33,254 nt of DNA from Clostridia bacterium (GTDB lineage Bacteria > Bacillota > Clostridia > TANB77 > CAG-508): assembly GCA_022795675.1 (NCBI GenBank), contig JAAWHY010000001.1:1-33254 (forward strand), written 5' to 3'. The position numbers and the translations under genes were made by a program. Below are positions 1 through 8,168 of this stretch, piece by piece (positions within the stretch are counted from its first letter, which is position 1; each line of letters starts with the position of its first letter). Under the pieces are notes generated by a model. That model worked only from the letters and a program-made list of their open reading frames with translations, did no database searches and was not told where the DNA came from.

Positions 1-88
1 CAGTTCATGGAACGGCTTTTCCTGCTTTGAGTTCCGTATCTTCTCGTAATAATCGGCAATGCGGCGGTCTGCCCTTGTCTGTTTCTCG

Positions 89-1171
89 TTATATCTCTGC
101 TTGATATTGTTTTTCCTGCTCATATTGTATTTGTTCTTTTTCATTTCTTCTATAAACATTTAGTTCATATTTTTTATTTGTTATACCATCTTCTGCTATT
201 ACATTTATTTGGATATAATTATTTCCAACTTTCATTTCATTATTTCCTAGTATTGATACTTTGGCTTTTTCGCTTTGGGGTATTGCTAATATTTCTATCT
301 TTGTTGTTTCATTTGGGATCTCTATTTTATAATCTGTTATATTATAGTTAAATTCTGGATTGAGGCTCCCTTCTCTTACTGCTAGAATCTCTAAATTGGC
401 ATTTGCAATTTCTATATTTGTAGTTTTTGTTACATATATTTTATAGCTATCTTTTTTTGTCTTATCTTCTGAAATAACATCTATTTCAATTAAATTTTTT
501 CCTATTTTTAAGTTTTGATTTCCTGTTATATTAACAGTAGCATTTGGATTTTCAGGAATAGCAGTTACCTCTAAATTATCTATTTTATCATCTGTTACAA
601 AATAATATTCTTTTTTATCTTTTTGAAATTCAGGACTAATTCCTTCATGATTTAGTCTTAATACACTTAAACTCGTTGAGTCACTTGCTCCGACTTGTTT
701 CATTGTTTCTGATGTTTCTGTCATACTTTTTTCATTTTCCTTGAGTTCTAATTCTATATTACTATTTTCTATTTCTATTTTTTTACCTTGTTCATTGTAG
801 AATTCTCCTAAGACTGTAATATTAGCATTTTCTTCTTTTAAAACTTTAAATTGAAATTGTTCTGTTTTTATATCCTGCTTATTTTTTCCTGTATTACTTA
901 CCCATGTATAAATTATTCTATTATTAGAATAATTTGAGTTATCTGGCCCTTGTAAATATTCCAATATTGACGAATCCCAAAATATCTCTAATGTAAAAGC
1001 TGCAACTTGTGCATTTTTTATTTCTACTTTTATGTTTAATTCTTCATCTTGTTGTATTTCCTTTTTGTCAGTGACTATATTCATTTGTGTTTCTGCATAA
1101 CTTTTTGTATTTATTAGTGAACACAAAATTATTATTATAAATAATATTACTATATTTTTTATCTTTTTCAT
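89..1171 (-). CDS. secreted surface protein: N-terminal cohesin-like domain plus two cadherin-like beta-sandwich repeats
   Basis: 360-aa ORF with signal peptide MKKIKNIVILFIIIILCSLINTKSYA. AAFTLEIFWDSSILEYLQG resembles a cohesin-type module. Two ~85-aa internal repeats (LSVLRLNHEGISPEF...LEVTAIPENPNATVNITG...IGKNLIEIDVISED and LEILAVREGSLNPEF...IEILAIPQSEKAKVSILG...VGNNYIQINVIAED) fit the cadherin-like beta-sandwich pattern. The stop codon sits at the composition break (~88), so the native 3' end is uncertain. Confidence 0.6.
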   Translation of the reverse strand: MKKIKNIVILFIIIILCSLINTKSYAETQMNIVTDKKEIQQDEELNIKVEIKNAQVAAFTLEIFWDSSILEYLQGPDNSNYSNNRIIYTWVSNTGKNKQDIKTEQFQFKVLKEENANITVLGEFYNEQGKKIEIENSNIELELKENEKSMTETSETMKQVGASDSTSLSVLRLNHEGISPEFQKDKKEYYFVTDDKIDNLEVTAIPENPNATVNITGNQNLKIGKNLIEIDVISEDKTKKDSYKIYVTKTTNIEIANANLEILAVREGSLNPEFNYNITDYKIEIPNETTKIEILAIPQSEKAKVSILGNNEMKVGNNYIQINVIAEDGITNKKYELNVYRRNEKEQIQYEQEKQYQAEI

Positions 1172-1345
1172 AATTTACCTCCGCTTTTTAATGTGTTATA
1201 GTTGGCAAACTTAAATGTTCTACCCACTACATCTTCTTAAAATTAATCAATATACCTTTATTGTTCTATTGTTTTCAAAGTTAATATATGTCTTTGTATT
1301 ATTAATAAATCTAATGAAGAAGGATTTTGTCCGTTTTTGTTTATA

Positions 1346-2305
1346 TTACCGTGCTTTTAGAAAAGTTTCATTTAATCTTTGTATTTCTAATATATGTCTT
1401 TGTAAAACTAATAAGTCCAAACTATTTATTTTTCCATCTCCATTTACATCTCCATAGATTATAATATAATATTCCATTTTTATATTATTATTTTCATCTA
1501 CTAACCTAATTTTACTTCCTGTTCCTACCTTTTGCCCTTCTTTTAATTCGTTTCCTTTATAGTCATATATTTCAATATTGTATATTGTTTCTATTTTCTC
1601 TTTTACATTTTCTACATTTAATTTCTCAATGTCCCACCCTGTTATCTCATTTTGCATTACCTTCAAGCTTTCATCAAACTTAATTTCTCCTTCACTTAGT
1701 TCTTTTACTACTATAACATCTATTTCACTTTCAAAACCGCCATCTTCTGTTGTAACAGTAATTTTTGTATTTCCTTCTTTTATAGCTGTTATATTTCCAT
1801 TAGTACTTATTTTTGCAATTTGCTCATCTTCTGATGTATAAATTACATTTTTATTGTCTGCATCTGTTGGAGTTATAATAGGTTTTACAGTAAATGAATC
1901 ACCTATTTGCATAACTATATTCTTATTAGTTAACTCTATACCTGTTACAGGTGTAAATACTTTTATTTGGATTTCTCCTTTTACATTATTTTCTTTTGCT
2001 TTTACAGTTATTGTTGTTGTTCCAGATTTTATAGCCATTATATTTCCCATACTATCTACTGTTGCCACTTTTGGATTACTAGAAATATATTCTACTTCAT
2101 GCTCTTTTGCTTCATCTGGCAATATTTCTACTTTTAATTTTATAGTTTCTCCTTTTTCTAATTGAGTTTTATCTAATGTAACATTTATAGCTTCTATTTG
2201 TCTATTTGGTACTTCTTTTAAATAGTTCTGGAATACATATCCTATAATTCCATTAGGAAGTATTACTCTATCCCATAATTCTCCGTGATTGTCTCCCTTT
2301 TGCAA
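1346..2305 (-). CDS. C-terminal fragment of a frameshifted cell-wall hydrolase gene: rest of an SH3b domain, two Big_2 domains, one dockerin repeat
   Basis: ORF opens with TTG inside the upstream ORF. DNHGELWDRVILPNGIIGYVFQNYL completes the SH3b domain begun in ORF 2268..3506. Two Big_2-type repeats are present (VTLDKTQLEKGETIKLKVEILPDEA...SSNPKVATVD..G.I.AIKSGTTTITV and ELTNKNIVMQIGDSFTVKPIITPTDA...TSEDEQIAKIS..GNITAIKEGNTKITV). The C-terminal GDVNGDGKINSLDLLVLQRHIL is one dockerin EF-hand-like repeat, and the ORF stops where a second repeat is expected. Confidence 0.65.
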   Translation of the reverse strand: MQKGDNHGELWDRVILPNGIIGYVFQNYLKEVPNRQIEAINVTLDKTQLEKGETIKLKVEILPDEAKEHEVEYISSNPKVATVDSMGNIMAIKSGTTTITVKAKENNVKGEIQIKVFTPVTGIELTNKNIVMQIGDSFTVKPIITPTDADNKNVIYTSEDEQIAKISTNGNITAIKEGNTKITVTTEDGGFESEIDVIVVKELSEGEIKFDESLKVMQNEITGWDIEKLNVENVKEKIETIYNIEIYDYKGNELKEGQKVGTGSKIRLVDENNNIKMEYYIIIYGDVNGDGKINSLDLLVLQRHILEIQRLNETFLKAR

Positions 2306-3506
2306 TTCTTGTCATTACTACATTTCTATCAACTTTTGTTAATAACTCATATGAGGTCGATGGTCCTGAACGTACATTTAAATTATCTGTTACATCTGCA
2401 TAAACTTTCGTATTGTCTGATATATAATCACTTTCTAAGATGTTTGGATTTTGTACCCACATATTTGGCATATTATTATAAACAGGTATTATAAAAGTCA
2501 TACTATTTCCTAATATTCCAGTTTTACTATAACCATTATAAATAGACAAAGATTCACTATATGGTGCTAATACATTTGTCATATACTGATGCCAAAATAA
2601 TTCACCTCCTGCAACATTTGTAACATGAAACTTTTGTAAATATAAGGTGTCTTGTCCTACATTAATATAACTAGAACCAATGAATTTTCCTCCACCAGTA
2701 ATTGCTCTTTCTTTTGTATTCCATGGGATTAAATATTTGTTTTTAGTGGCCTCACTCGCTCCATTTCCATCTCTTGCATATTTTAGCCCATTTTTTATAG
2801 CTCCCATTGGCTCAGATGAACTTGTTGCTCCTATATTATAAAAATTATATAAACCTTCAAATCCTTCTACCCTTCCACTAATAGAACTATGTGATAAAAA
2901 AGGACCTACCTCTTGTTTTATTCTTGATGCTAAATGGTAGGTGCTTACTGTAGAAGTTCTTCCTGCTGACAATATAAGGTCTGAGTATTTACTATTCATT
3001 GTTATGATATTTCCTGCACTTGTAACATAGTCTACTATTCTATTGTGAAATTCAGTTCCATATAATATTTTTTCAATTCCATCTAGGTTATTTGTTTTTT
3101 CATCATAAGAAAGTGCCTCAAATTGAAAAATTCTTACTTCATTTAAAAAATTTCTAGGATCCATTGTATATTCTAAAGACCTCCTAGAGGCATCCACCCA
3201 ACCACTATCAACTTCCACATTATATTGTCCTGGAGTAGTATTTTTCCATCTATCTGAATATGATTTTGGCACTAGATTTTTTCCAAATACATTTTCATTA
3301 TTTATTACATAATTCCAATCTAGGTTTGTATATAGAGACACAAACCTCCAATTTGGATGATTTTTTTGTAATTCCTGTAAGTATGGTTTATAGCTATCTG
3401 GAAAACTTTCTATTCCTTCTTTTTTATCTGCACAATATGATATATTTATGAAGACATTCAAAAATAAAATTGCTATTATTATAAAAAATATTTTTATATA
3501 TTTCAT
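2268..3506 (-). CDS. N-terminal fragment of the same hydrolase gene: signal peptide, GH73-like N-acetylglucosaminidase domain, start of SH3b
   Basis: 412-aa ORF with a signal peptide. SFPDSYKPYLQELQKNHPNWRF, YNFYNIGA and GQDTLYLQKFHV are typical of clostridial glucosaminidase/autolysin domains. The C-terminal NVRSGPSTSYELLTKVDRNVVMTRIAKG is the first half of an SH3b domain, followed by 8 out-of-frame residues and a stop. Confidence 0.7.
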   Translation of the reverse strand: MKYIKIFFIIIAILFLNVFINISYCADKKEGIESFPDSYKPYLQELQKNHPNWRFVSLYTNLDWNYVINNENVFGKNLVPKSYSDRWKNTTPGQYNVEVDSGWVDASRRSLEYTMDPRNFLNEVRIFQFEALSYDEKTNNLDGIEKILYGTEFHNRIVDYVTSAGNIITMNSKYSDLILSAGRTSTVSTYHLASRIKQEVGPFLSHSSISGRVEGFEGLYNFYNIGATSSSEPMGAIKNGLKYARDGNGASEATKNKYLIPWNTKERAITGGGKFIGSSYINVGQDTLYLQKFHVTNVAGGELFWHQYMTNVLAPYSESLSIYNGYSKTGILGNSMTFIIPVYNNMPNMWVQNPNILESDYISDNTKVYADVTDNLNVRSGPSTSYELLTKVDRNVVMTRIAKGRQSRRIMG

Positions 3507-3556
3507 ATTACACCCTTATTCTTTTTTTAATTTTTTATATATGTTTTGTTATTAAT

Positions 3557-4192
3557 CTAATTATTTGCAATAGCTTGTACTATAAGTCTACTCTTAGAAT
3601 AATTAACACATGTAATTAATGTAACTATTTTGTTACCATTAGTTTCTTGTCCTATCGGTGATATATTTTGAGGTTTTACTCTATATATATTGTATATAGT
3701 ATAGCCAATCTTTCCATTATTATTATCTGTTAAATACAGTTCATCTCCTTTTTCTAAGTCAATTAAATGATTAAACATATTCTCTCTTTTAGTATTATGA
3801 CCAGCTATACAGAAATTTCCTATTTCATTAGGTTCTGGACCATAAAATTTTGAACTACATACCTTCATACCTTCAATTGTATAATTCTTTAAAACATTGG
3901 TTTCTAATTGTATTTTTGGTATTTCTAACTTAGCTATTACATCATAATTTAAATATTTCTGAGGAACAAGTTCTTGTTCTATTTTTACTGGAGCAACAGA
4001 GTTTATTTTAACTTCCTTGGATACATTTTCTATTATAATTTGTGGATTTTCTTCTTCTACTAACTCTATTTGTTTTTCTTTATAAAAACCAAATCCTGAA
4101 TATATTATAATAGAAAAAATAATTCCTAAAATAGCAATTCTTAATTTGGATTTTATCTTATCTTTTATTATTTTTTCCATTATTAATTTCAT
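3557..4192 (-). CDS. sortase (cysteine transpeptidase)
   Basis: 211-aa ORF with an N-terminal membrane anchor (LRIAILGIIFSIIIYSGFGF), catalytic His context CIAGHN, the TLITC active-site motif and a downstream Arg (SRLIVQA). It lies next to an LPKTG substrate gene. Confidence 0.85.
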   Translation of the reverse strand: MKLIMEKIIKDKIKSKLRIAILGIIFSIIIYSGFGFYKEKQIELVEEENPQIIIENVSKEVKINSVAPVKIEQELVPQKYLNYDVIAKLEIPKIQLETNVLKNYTIEGMKVCSSKFYGPEPNEIGNFCIAGHNTKRENMFNHLIDLEKGDELYLTDNNNGKIGYTIYNIYRVKPQNISPIGQETNGNKIVTLITCVNYSKSRLIVQAIANN

Positions 4193-4223
4193 TCCTTTCT
4201 AAGGTATATTCATTTTTTAACCT

Positions 4224-4257
4224 TTATTTTAAAAGAGCAGGCACAAGGCCTGCCTCT
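4224..4257 (-). terminator. rho-independent terminator after the LPKTG protein gene
   Basis: The minus strand reads GGCAGGC-CUUGU-GCCUGC followed by UCUUUUAAAAU. It is a GC-rich stem in otherwise AT-rich DNA, just after the stop at 4262. Confidence 0.7.
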
Positions 4258-4261
4258 ATTT

Positions 4262-5326
4262 CTACTTACTTTTCTTATTTCTTAATGACATATATGATAT
4301 TGTTAGTATTGCTATTACTGATAATATACTTAAATATATTGTTCTACCTGTTTTAGGTAATACATTTGGTGTTTCTGTTGGTGTATTATTTTCTGTAGTT
4401 GATGGTACTTGTTCACTTGGCTGTTGTCCATTGCTTGATGGCGGTACTTGATTATTATTAACTGGTGGAACTACACCTGTTGATTGTTCTTGTACTGCAA
4501 TTGTAAAACTTTTACTTTCAATTACAGCATCTGCATTATCTCTATCTATTAGTTTTAAGGTAATAGTATAGTCTCCTTTACCACTAAATACTCCTCTTGT
4601 AGTAATTTTTTTAATTACATCTTTTCCACCAATTGGATCACCGTCAGCACTTCCCCATCCACTTTGAATAATATCATGTTCTAAATTTTGGTTATCTGTT
4701 GAAAGTAATCTTACATTTTCACCTGTTGGAGTTATTGCTTCTGCTAATATTCTTGTGTGTGCATAGTTTTTACCCATACTACTTGAAATAACTATTTCCA
4801 TTTCTTTTTCTTCGTTTGGTATTATATCTCCTGTATAATTTAGGGCAATATTGTAATCAACATATACTGGTTCTACTATTAAGTTTTTAATAATAGGAAC
4901 AGTAATATCATCAATTGGGTTTGCATCTGGAGTTCCTAATCCTGTTAATGTAATACTTAAATCAGTAGGGTTTGTAGTTATCATTCCTTCTTTTGCCTTG
5001 AAAGTAATACTCATTGTGCTACGTGGTGCTGGATCTACACCTGCATTATAATGGTATACTACAATAACTTTAGAACCTGTATTATTTGCGGTACCTCCTT
5101 CTGCTGATATATATTCTAATAAGTTTTCATCATAATCTACATTTACTGTATATGCACCTAGATCTTGTCCGAAATCAATATTTAATGTTACTGTCTCTCC
5201 TGGATGCACTGTTGTTTTATCTGTTGTTATGTTTAAATTGTTTAGAGTTGCTGCATAAACATTTGCTGTGAAAGTTAGTAAAAATAAAATAAAGAAAATC
5301 GTAATAATATTTGTTAATTTTTTCAT
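4262..5326 (-). CDS. LPXTG (LPKTG) cell-wall-anchored surface protein with an N-terminal cohesin-like domain
   Basis: 354-aa ORF with signal peptide MKKLTNIITIFFILFLLTFTANVYA. GAYTVNVDYDENLLEYISAEGG is cohesin-like. A P/T/N/Q-rich stalk follows, then LPKTG (nt 4346..4360), a hydrophobic segment and an RNKKSK tail. Confidence 0.85.
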   Translation of the reverse strand: MKKLTNIITIFFILFLLTFTANVYAATLNNLNITTDKTTVHPGETVTLNIDFGQDLGAYTVNVDYDENLLEYISAEGGTANNTGSKVIVVYHYNAGVDPAPRSTMSITFKAKEGMITTNPTDLSITLTGLGTPDANPIDDITVPIIKNLIVEPVYVDYNIALNYTGDIIPNEEKEMEIVISSSMGKNYAHTRILAEAITPTGENVRLLSTDNQNLEHDIIQSGWGSADGDPIGGKDVIKKITTRGVFSGKGDYTITLKLIDRDNADAVIESKSFTIAVQEQSTGVVPPVNNNQVPPSSNGQQPSEQVPSTTENNTPTETPNVLPKTGRTIYLSILSVIAILTISYMSLRNKKSK

Positions 5327-5487
5327 TAAAAATTTGCCTCCTTTTTTAGTTTTATAAAAAATATTATTTCAATTTTTTGTATTTTTATATTTGAAAGTTT
5401 TTGCACTCTCGGAATTTTTTTCTAAATTTTAAAAATGTGACTGAAAATATTTATAAATCTATAGAACTTTCCTAAGAATAGACAAAA

Positions 5488-5528
5488 GTGGCTTCGCCAC
5501 ACGGACGCCCAAAGGGCGCCCCTACAAT
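5488..5528 (-). repeat. short REP-like GC-rich hairpin element, copy A
   Basis: Plus strand: gtggcttcgccac-a-cggacgccc-aaa-gggcgcccctacaatt. The minus strand starts AATTGTAGGGGCG followed by two hairpins. It is the same element as copy C (19451..19492). Confidence 0.8.
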
Positions 5529-5569
5529 TTGTGCAATTTCTTCGAAGAATTATAATCGATTTTTCCTAT

Positions 5570-5602
5570 TTAAAATAAATAAGACACGATATTCGTGTCC
5601 TT
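5570..5602 (-). terminator. rho-independent terminator at the end of the Tad-like operon
   Basis: The minus strand reads GACACGA-AUA-UCGUGUC followed by UUAUUUAUUUUAAAU, about 15 nt after the stop of ORF 5618..6136. Confidence 0.75.
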
Positions 5603-5617
5603 ATACATATTATTTTT

Positions 5618-6136
5618 TTACTGTCCATCTACCATTACTACTCCTGAATGTTTAGATGTTATAGTATTTCCACTATTTCCTGTTATTTTATAGAAAAAAT
5701 TTTTTAAAACTTCTGCTACAGTTTGATTATTGTTTACTACTCCTGCTGAAAACATATCTCCTTGTTTCAAATATACTGTTCCATCATCAAGTTCCTCTTC
5801 AATTTGTGTAGTATAAATTGAATAATATGTATTTTCACCTATTCTTTGCTCATTGGCACTTGCTGTTTTTTTACTTGGGTTTTCATCTAAACGTCTTAAT
5901 TCTAAGTCTACTGAATATGTATTTCCTGTGGAGGTAATTGTTTGTATAAAATCATCGTAACTGTCTTGTGTTATTTTTCCTGTTTGTCTTACTCCATCTA
6001 CAAACTCTACTGTAGCTGTTTGGACTGCTATTTGTGATATATCATCTGTTCTATCTGCTAATGTTATCATTGGAAATACAAATAACAGTATTGCAGCTAA
6101 TATGATTGTTATAATAGTAATTAAAGAATCTCCCAT
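5618..6136 (-). CDS. pilus-operon protein with an N-terminal hydrophobic helix (possible minor pilin or assembly factor), unknown family
   Basis: 172-aa ORF with N-terminus MGDSLITIITIILAAILLFVFPMITLA and an AGGAGGG RBS. It is the last gene of the operon. I recognise no family motif. Confidence 0.45.
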   Translation of the reverse strand: MGDSLITIITIILAAILLFVFPMITLADRTDDISQIAVQTATVEFVDGVRQTGKITQDSYDDFIQTITSTGNTYSVDLELRRLDENPSKKTASANEQRIGENTYYSIYTTQIEEELDDGTVYLKQGDMFSAGVVNNNQTVAEVLKNFFYKITGNSGNTITSKHSGVVMVDGQ

Positions 6137-6176
6137 TTAAATTCCCTCCTTTATATAATGTTAAAACAAAAGTGCA

Positions 6177-7040
6177 TTAGTTATTTTTTATATAAATTAT
6201 TTCTCTTTTTTTAGTATAACGGATTGTTCCGAATACTAATAGACCTGTGTCTTGGTCATTTTCATCCTTGATGTATTCATTTCTGTCTAACTGTACAATA
6301 GATTCTGTAAAAGTATCATCTTTATACTTTTCTAATAATCCATTGCTATAAAATGATTTATGTTTTCCAGCTATATAGTTTAGATCAGTTTCATTAACAC
6401 CTGGGTTTTTTAAACTGAAATTTGTAATTCCTCCATACATATCACAATTTACCCTCTGTGTTACATTATTATTTTGATATGTATTTGCACTTAACCATGA
6501 TGTATATACAAGTTCCTTTTTAGGATCTGTTTCTCCTGTTGAATATATTTTTTTTACTAAAATATCTAAAGAGTTTTCATCTAAATTAGTCATAGATGTT
6601 ATATTTGGTTCTAAACTATTTACTTTTGATATTATATTATCATTTAAATATTTACATATTTCAGCTTTTATATCATTACTCTTCTTTTTTTCAATTTGTG
6701 ATGCACTATGATACCTATCATTCCAAAAACAACTAGACACTTGTGATTCAGTGTCTAAGTCAAATCTAGCTACAATTTCACCAGAATCTATTATTGTTAC
6801 TCCATATCCTTCCTGAGCATATCTGTATATTGTTGGTATCATATCTTGGAACTTTACTTTTCTATTAGCTCCATAACTTGTATCTGCATTATAATTTACA
6901 TATGTAGTTTTATCTATCGCTTCAAATATCTTATCTGTAGTATCCTTTGCAACAGAGGTCATTCGGAAAAATACACTTAAAGCTAATGAAAATACAAATA
7001 CAGCAAAAAACATTTTTAAGGCTTCAGCCGCATTCTCCAT
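6177..7040 (-). CDS. large pilin-like protein with the MENAAEAL N-terminus (candidate minor or tip pilin)
   Basis: 287-aa ORF. It starts MENAAEALKMFFAVFVFSLALSVFF, sharing the M-E-N-A-x-x-A-L start and a single hydrophobic helix with three upstream paralogues. It has a GGAGG RBS. Confidence 0.55.
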   Translation of the reverse strand: MENAAEALKMFFAVFVFSLALSVFFRMTSVAKDTTDKIFEAIDKTTYVNYNADTSYGANRKVKFQDMIPTIYRYAQEGYGVTIIDSGEIVARFDLDTESQVSSCFWNDRYHSASQIEKKKSNDIKAEICKYLNDNIISKVNSLEPNITSMTNLDENSLDILVKKIYSTGETDPKKELVYTSWLSANTYQNNNVTQRVNCDMYGGITNFSLKNPGVNETDLNYIAGKHKSFYSNGLLEKYKDDTFTESIVQLDRNEYIKDENDQDTGLLVFGTIRYTKKREIIYIKNN

Positions 7041-7060
7041 TTAATTTCCTCCTTATATAA

Positions 7061-7489
7061 TTATTTTCTTGTTATTGATATTTGTTCAATATATCCATCA
7101 GCACTCTTTTTTTCCATTACTACATCATATCTTGCTGAACTAACTATTTGTGCACCAAATTTTGTAAGTTCTGTTGAATCTGACATTTCCTTTTTCTCTA
7201 TTGATAGTTTACTATCAGTCATTATAATTGTTATTATACGTCCACTAGAGTTTGTAGCATTATTTGTAGATACAGTATTTAATAATGTTTGTACTGCAGA
7301 TCCTTTTTGAGTACCTTGATAAGTAGTAAATCTATTATTAAATGCAGTAATTTCTTGTTCTGTTGTCATGTCTTGTGCTTCGGTTACAAGTCCTTGTGAT
7401 GATTGTACTATTACCATACCTATACTAATTAAAACTATAACAATTAAAATAGCTCCTGCTATTAATAGTGCTTTTGACGCATTCTCCAT
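7061..7489 (-). CDS. pilin-like protein (candidate major subunit)
   Basis: 142-aa ORF starting MENASKALLIAGAILIVIVLISIGMVIV. The ITAFNNRFTTYQG...GSAVQTLLNTVSTNN motif is shared with paralogues. It has its own near-consensus promoter (7580..7608) and a GGAGG RBS. Confidence 0.6.
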   Translation of the reverse strand: MENASKALLIAGAILIVIVLISIGMVIVQSSQGLVTEAQDMTTEQEITAFNNRFTTYQGTQKGSAVQTLLNTVSTNNATNSSGRIITIIMTDSKLSIEKKEMSDSTELTKFGAQIVSSARYDVVMEKKSADGYIEQISITRK

Positions 7490-7579
7490 ATTTATTCCTC
7501 CTTTGATATATCATATTATTTTTATATTTAGGCTTTATTATGCATAAATCGACATTAAAACCTTTTTTCACCTATTATT

Positions 7580-7608
7580 ATTATCGCACAAATTATGTCT
7601 AAAGTCAA
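7580..7608 (-). promoter_or_regulatory. sigma-A type promoter internal to the operon, upstream of the 142-aa pilin-like gene
   Basis: The minus strand reads TTGACT, a 17-nt spacer, then TGC-GATAAT (TG-extended -10). It lies about 90 nt upstream of the ATG at 7489. Confidence 0.55.
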
Positions 7609-7623
7609 TACAAATGTCAGATA

Positions 7624-8067
7624 TTAACTTATGAGTTCAAATACTAGCTTATTCACTCTTCCATATGAATTGTAATTTATATCAACACATTTAAAGTCCA
7701 ATACATTAAAATTTTTTACAAATCTTTCTATTCCTAATGAGTTTATTGTTTCCATCGAATATGTTATAATTTGTTCATCATCTTCCGAACTTAACATTCT
7801 AATCTCAATTTTCAAACAATATTTATCATCATCTATGTAATTTCCATTTCCATCTTTTTCAATATTATATTTTTCATTATTATTAATTGCATAATTTATT
7901 AAAGAACCAATATTTGTACCATATATAGTTTTATCTTTGTATTGTTCATATTCTAAATTAAATCTGTTTATTTCATTTCTTTCTGCCCTAAATTGTGATA
8001 TTACTAGAGTTAGTGATGTAATAACAACAATTACTAAAATTATTAATATAATAATTATTTTTTTCAT
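7624..8067 (-). CDS. pilin-family paralogue lacking the MENA leader (signal-anchor type N-terminus)
   Basis: 147-aa ORF starting MKKIIIILIILVIVVITSLTLVIS. It shares FNLEYEQY...YGTNIGSLINYAINNN and the C-terminal FKCVDINYNSYGRVNKLVFELI with the 227- and 165-aa paralogues. Confidence 0.5.
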   Translation of the reverse strand: MKKIIIILIILVIVVITSLTLVISQFRAERNEINRFNLEYEQYKDKTIYGTNIGSLINYAINNNEKYNIEKDGNGNYIDDDKYCLKIEIRMLSSEDDEQIITYSMETINSLGIERFVKNFNVLDFKCVDINYNSYGRVNKLVFELIS

Positions 8068-8119
8068 TATAAATATGTTCCTTTCTAGTAATTAAATATT
8101 ATCCTTATGCATACATATT

Positions 8120-8148
8120 GGGCGGAGGCAAGCCCCGCCCCTACAATT
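8120..8148 (-). repeat. short REP-like GC-rich hairpin element, copy B
   Basis: Plus strand: gggcgg-a-ggc-aa-gcc-ccgccc-ctacaatt. The minus strand starts AATTGTAGGGGCGGGG. It lies between two pilin-like genes. Confidence 0.75.
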
Positions 8149-8168
8149 GTTTCTATTTATATACAAAA

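Noticed and set aside
5327-5487. A promoter for the LPKTG protein gene
   Set aside because: Several TTGAAA/TATAAA-like hexamers occur in this AT-rich spacer, but none has acceptable 16-18 nt spacing. I left it unannotated.
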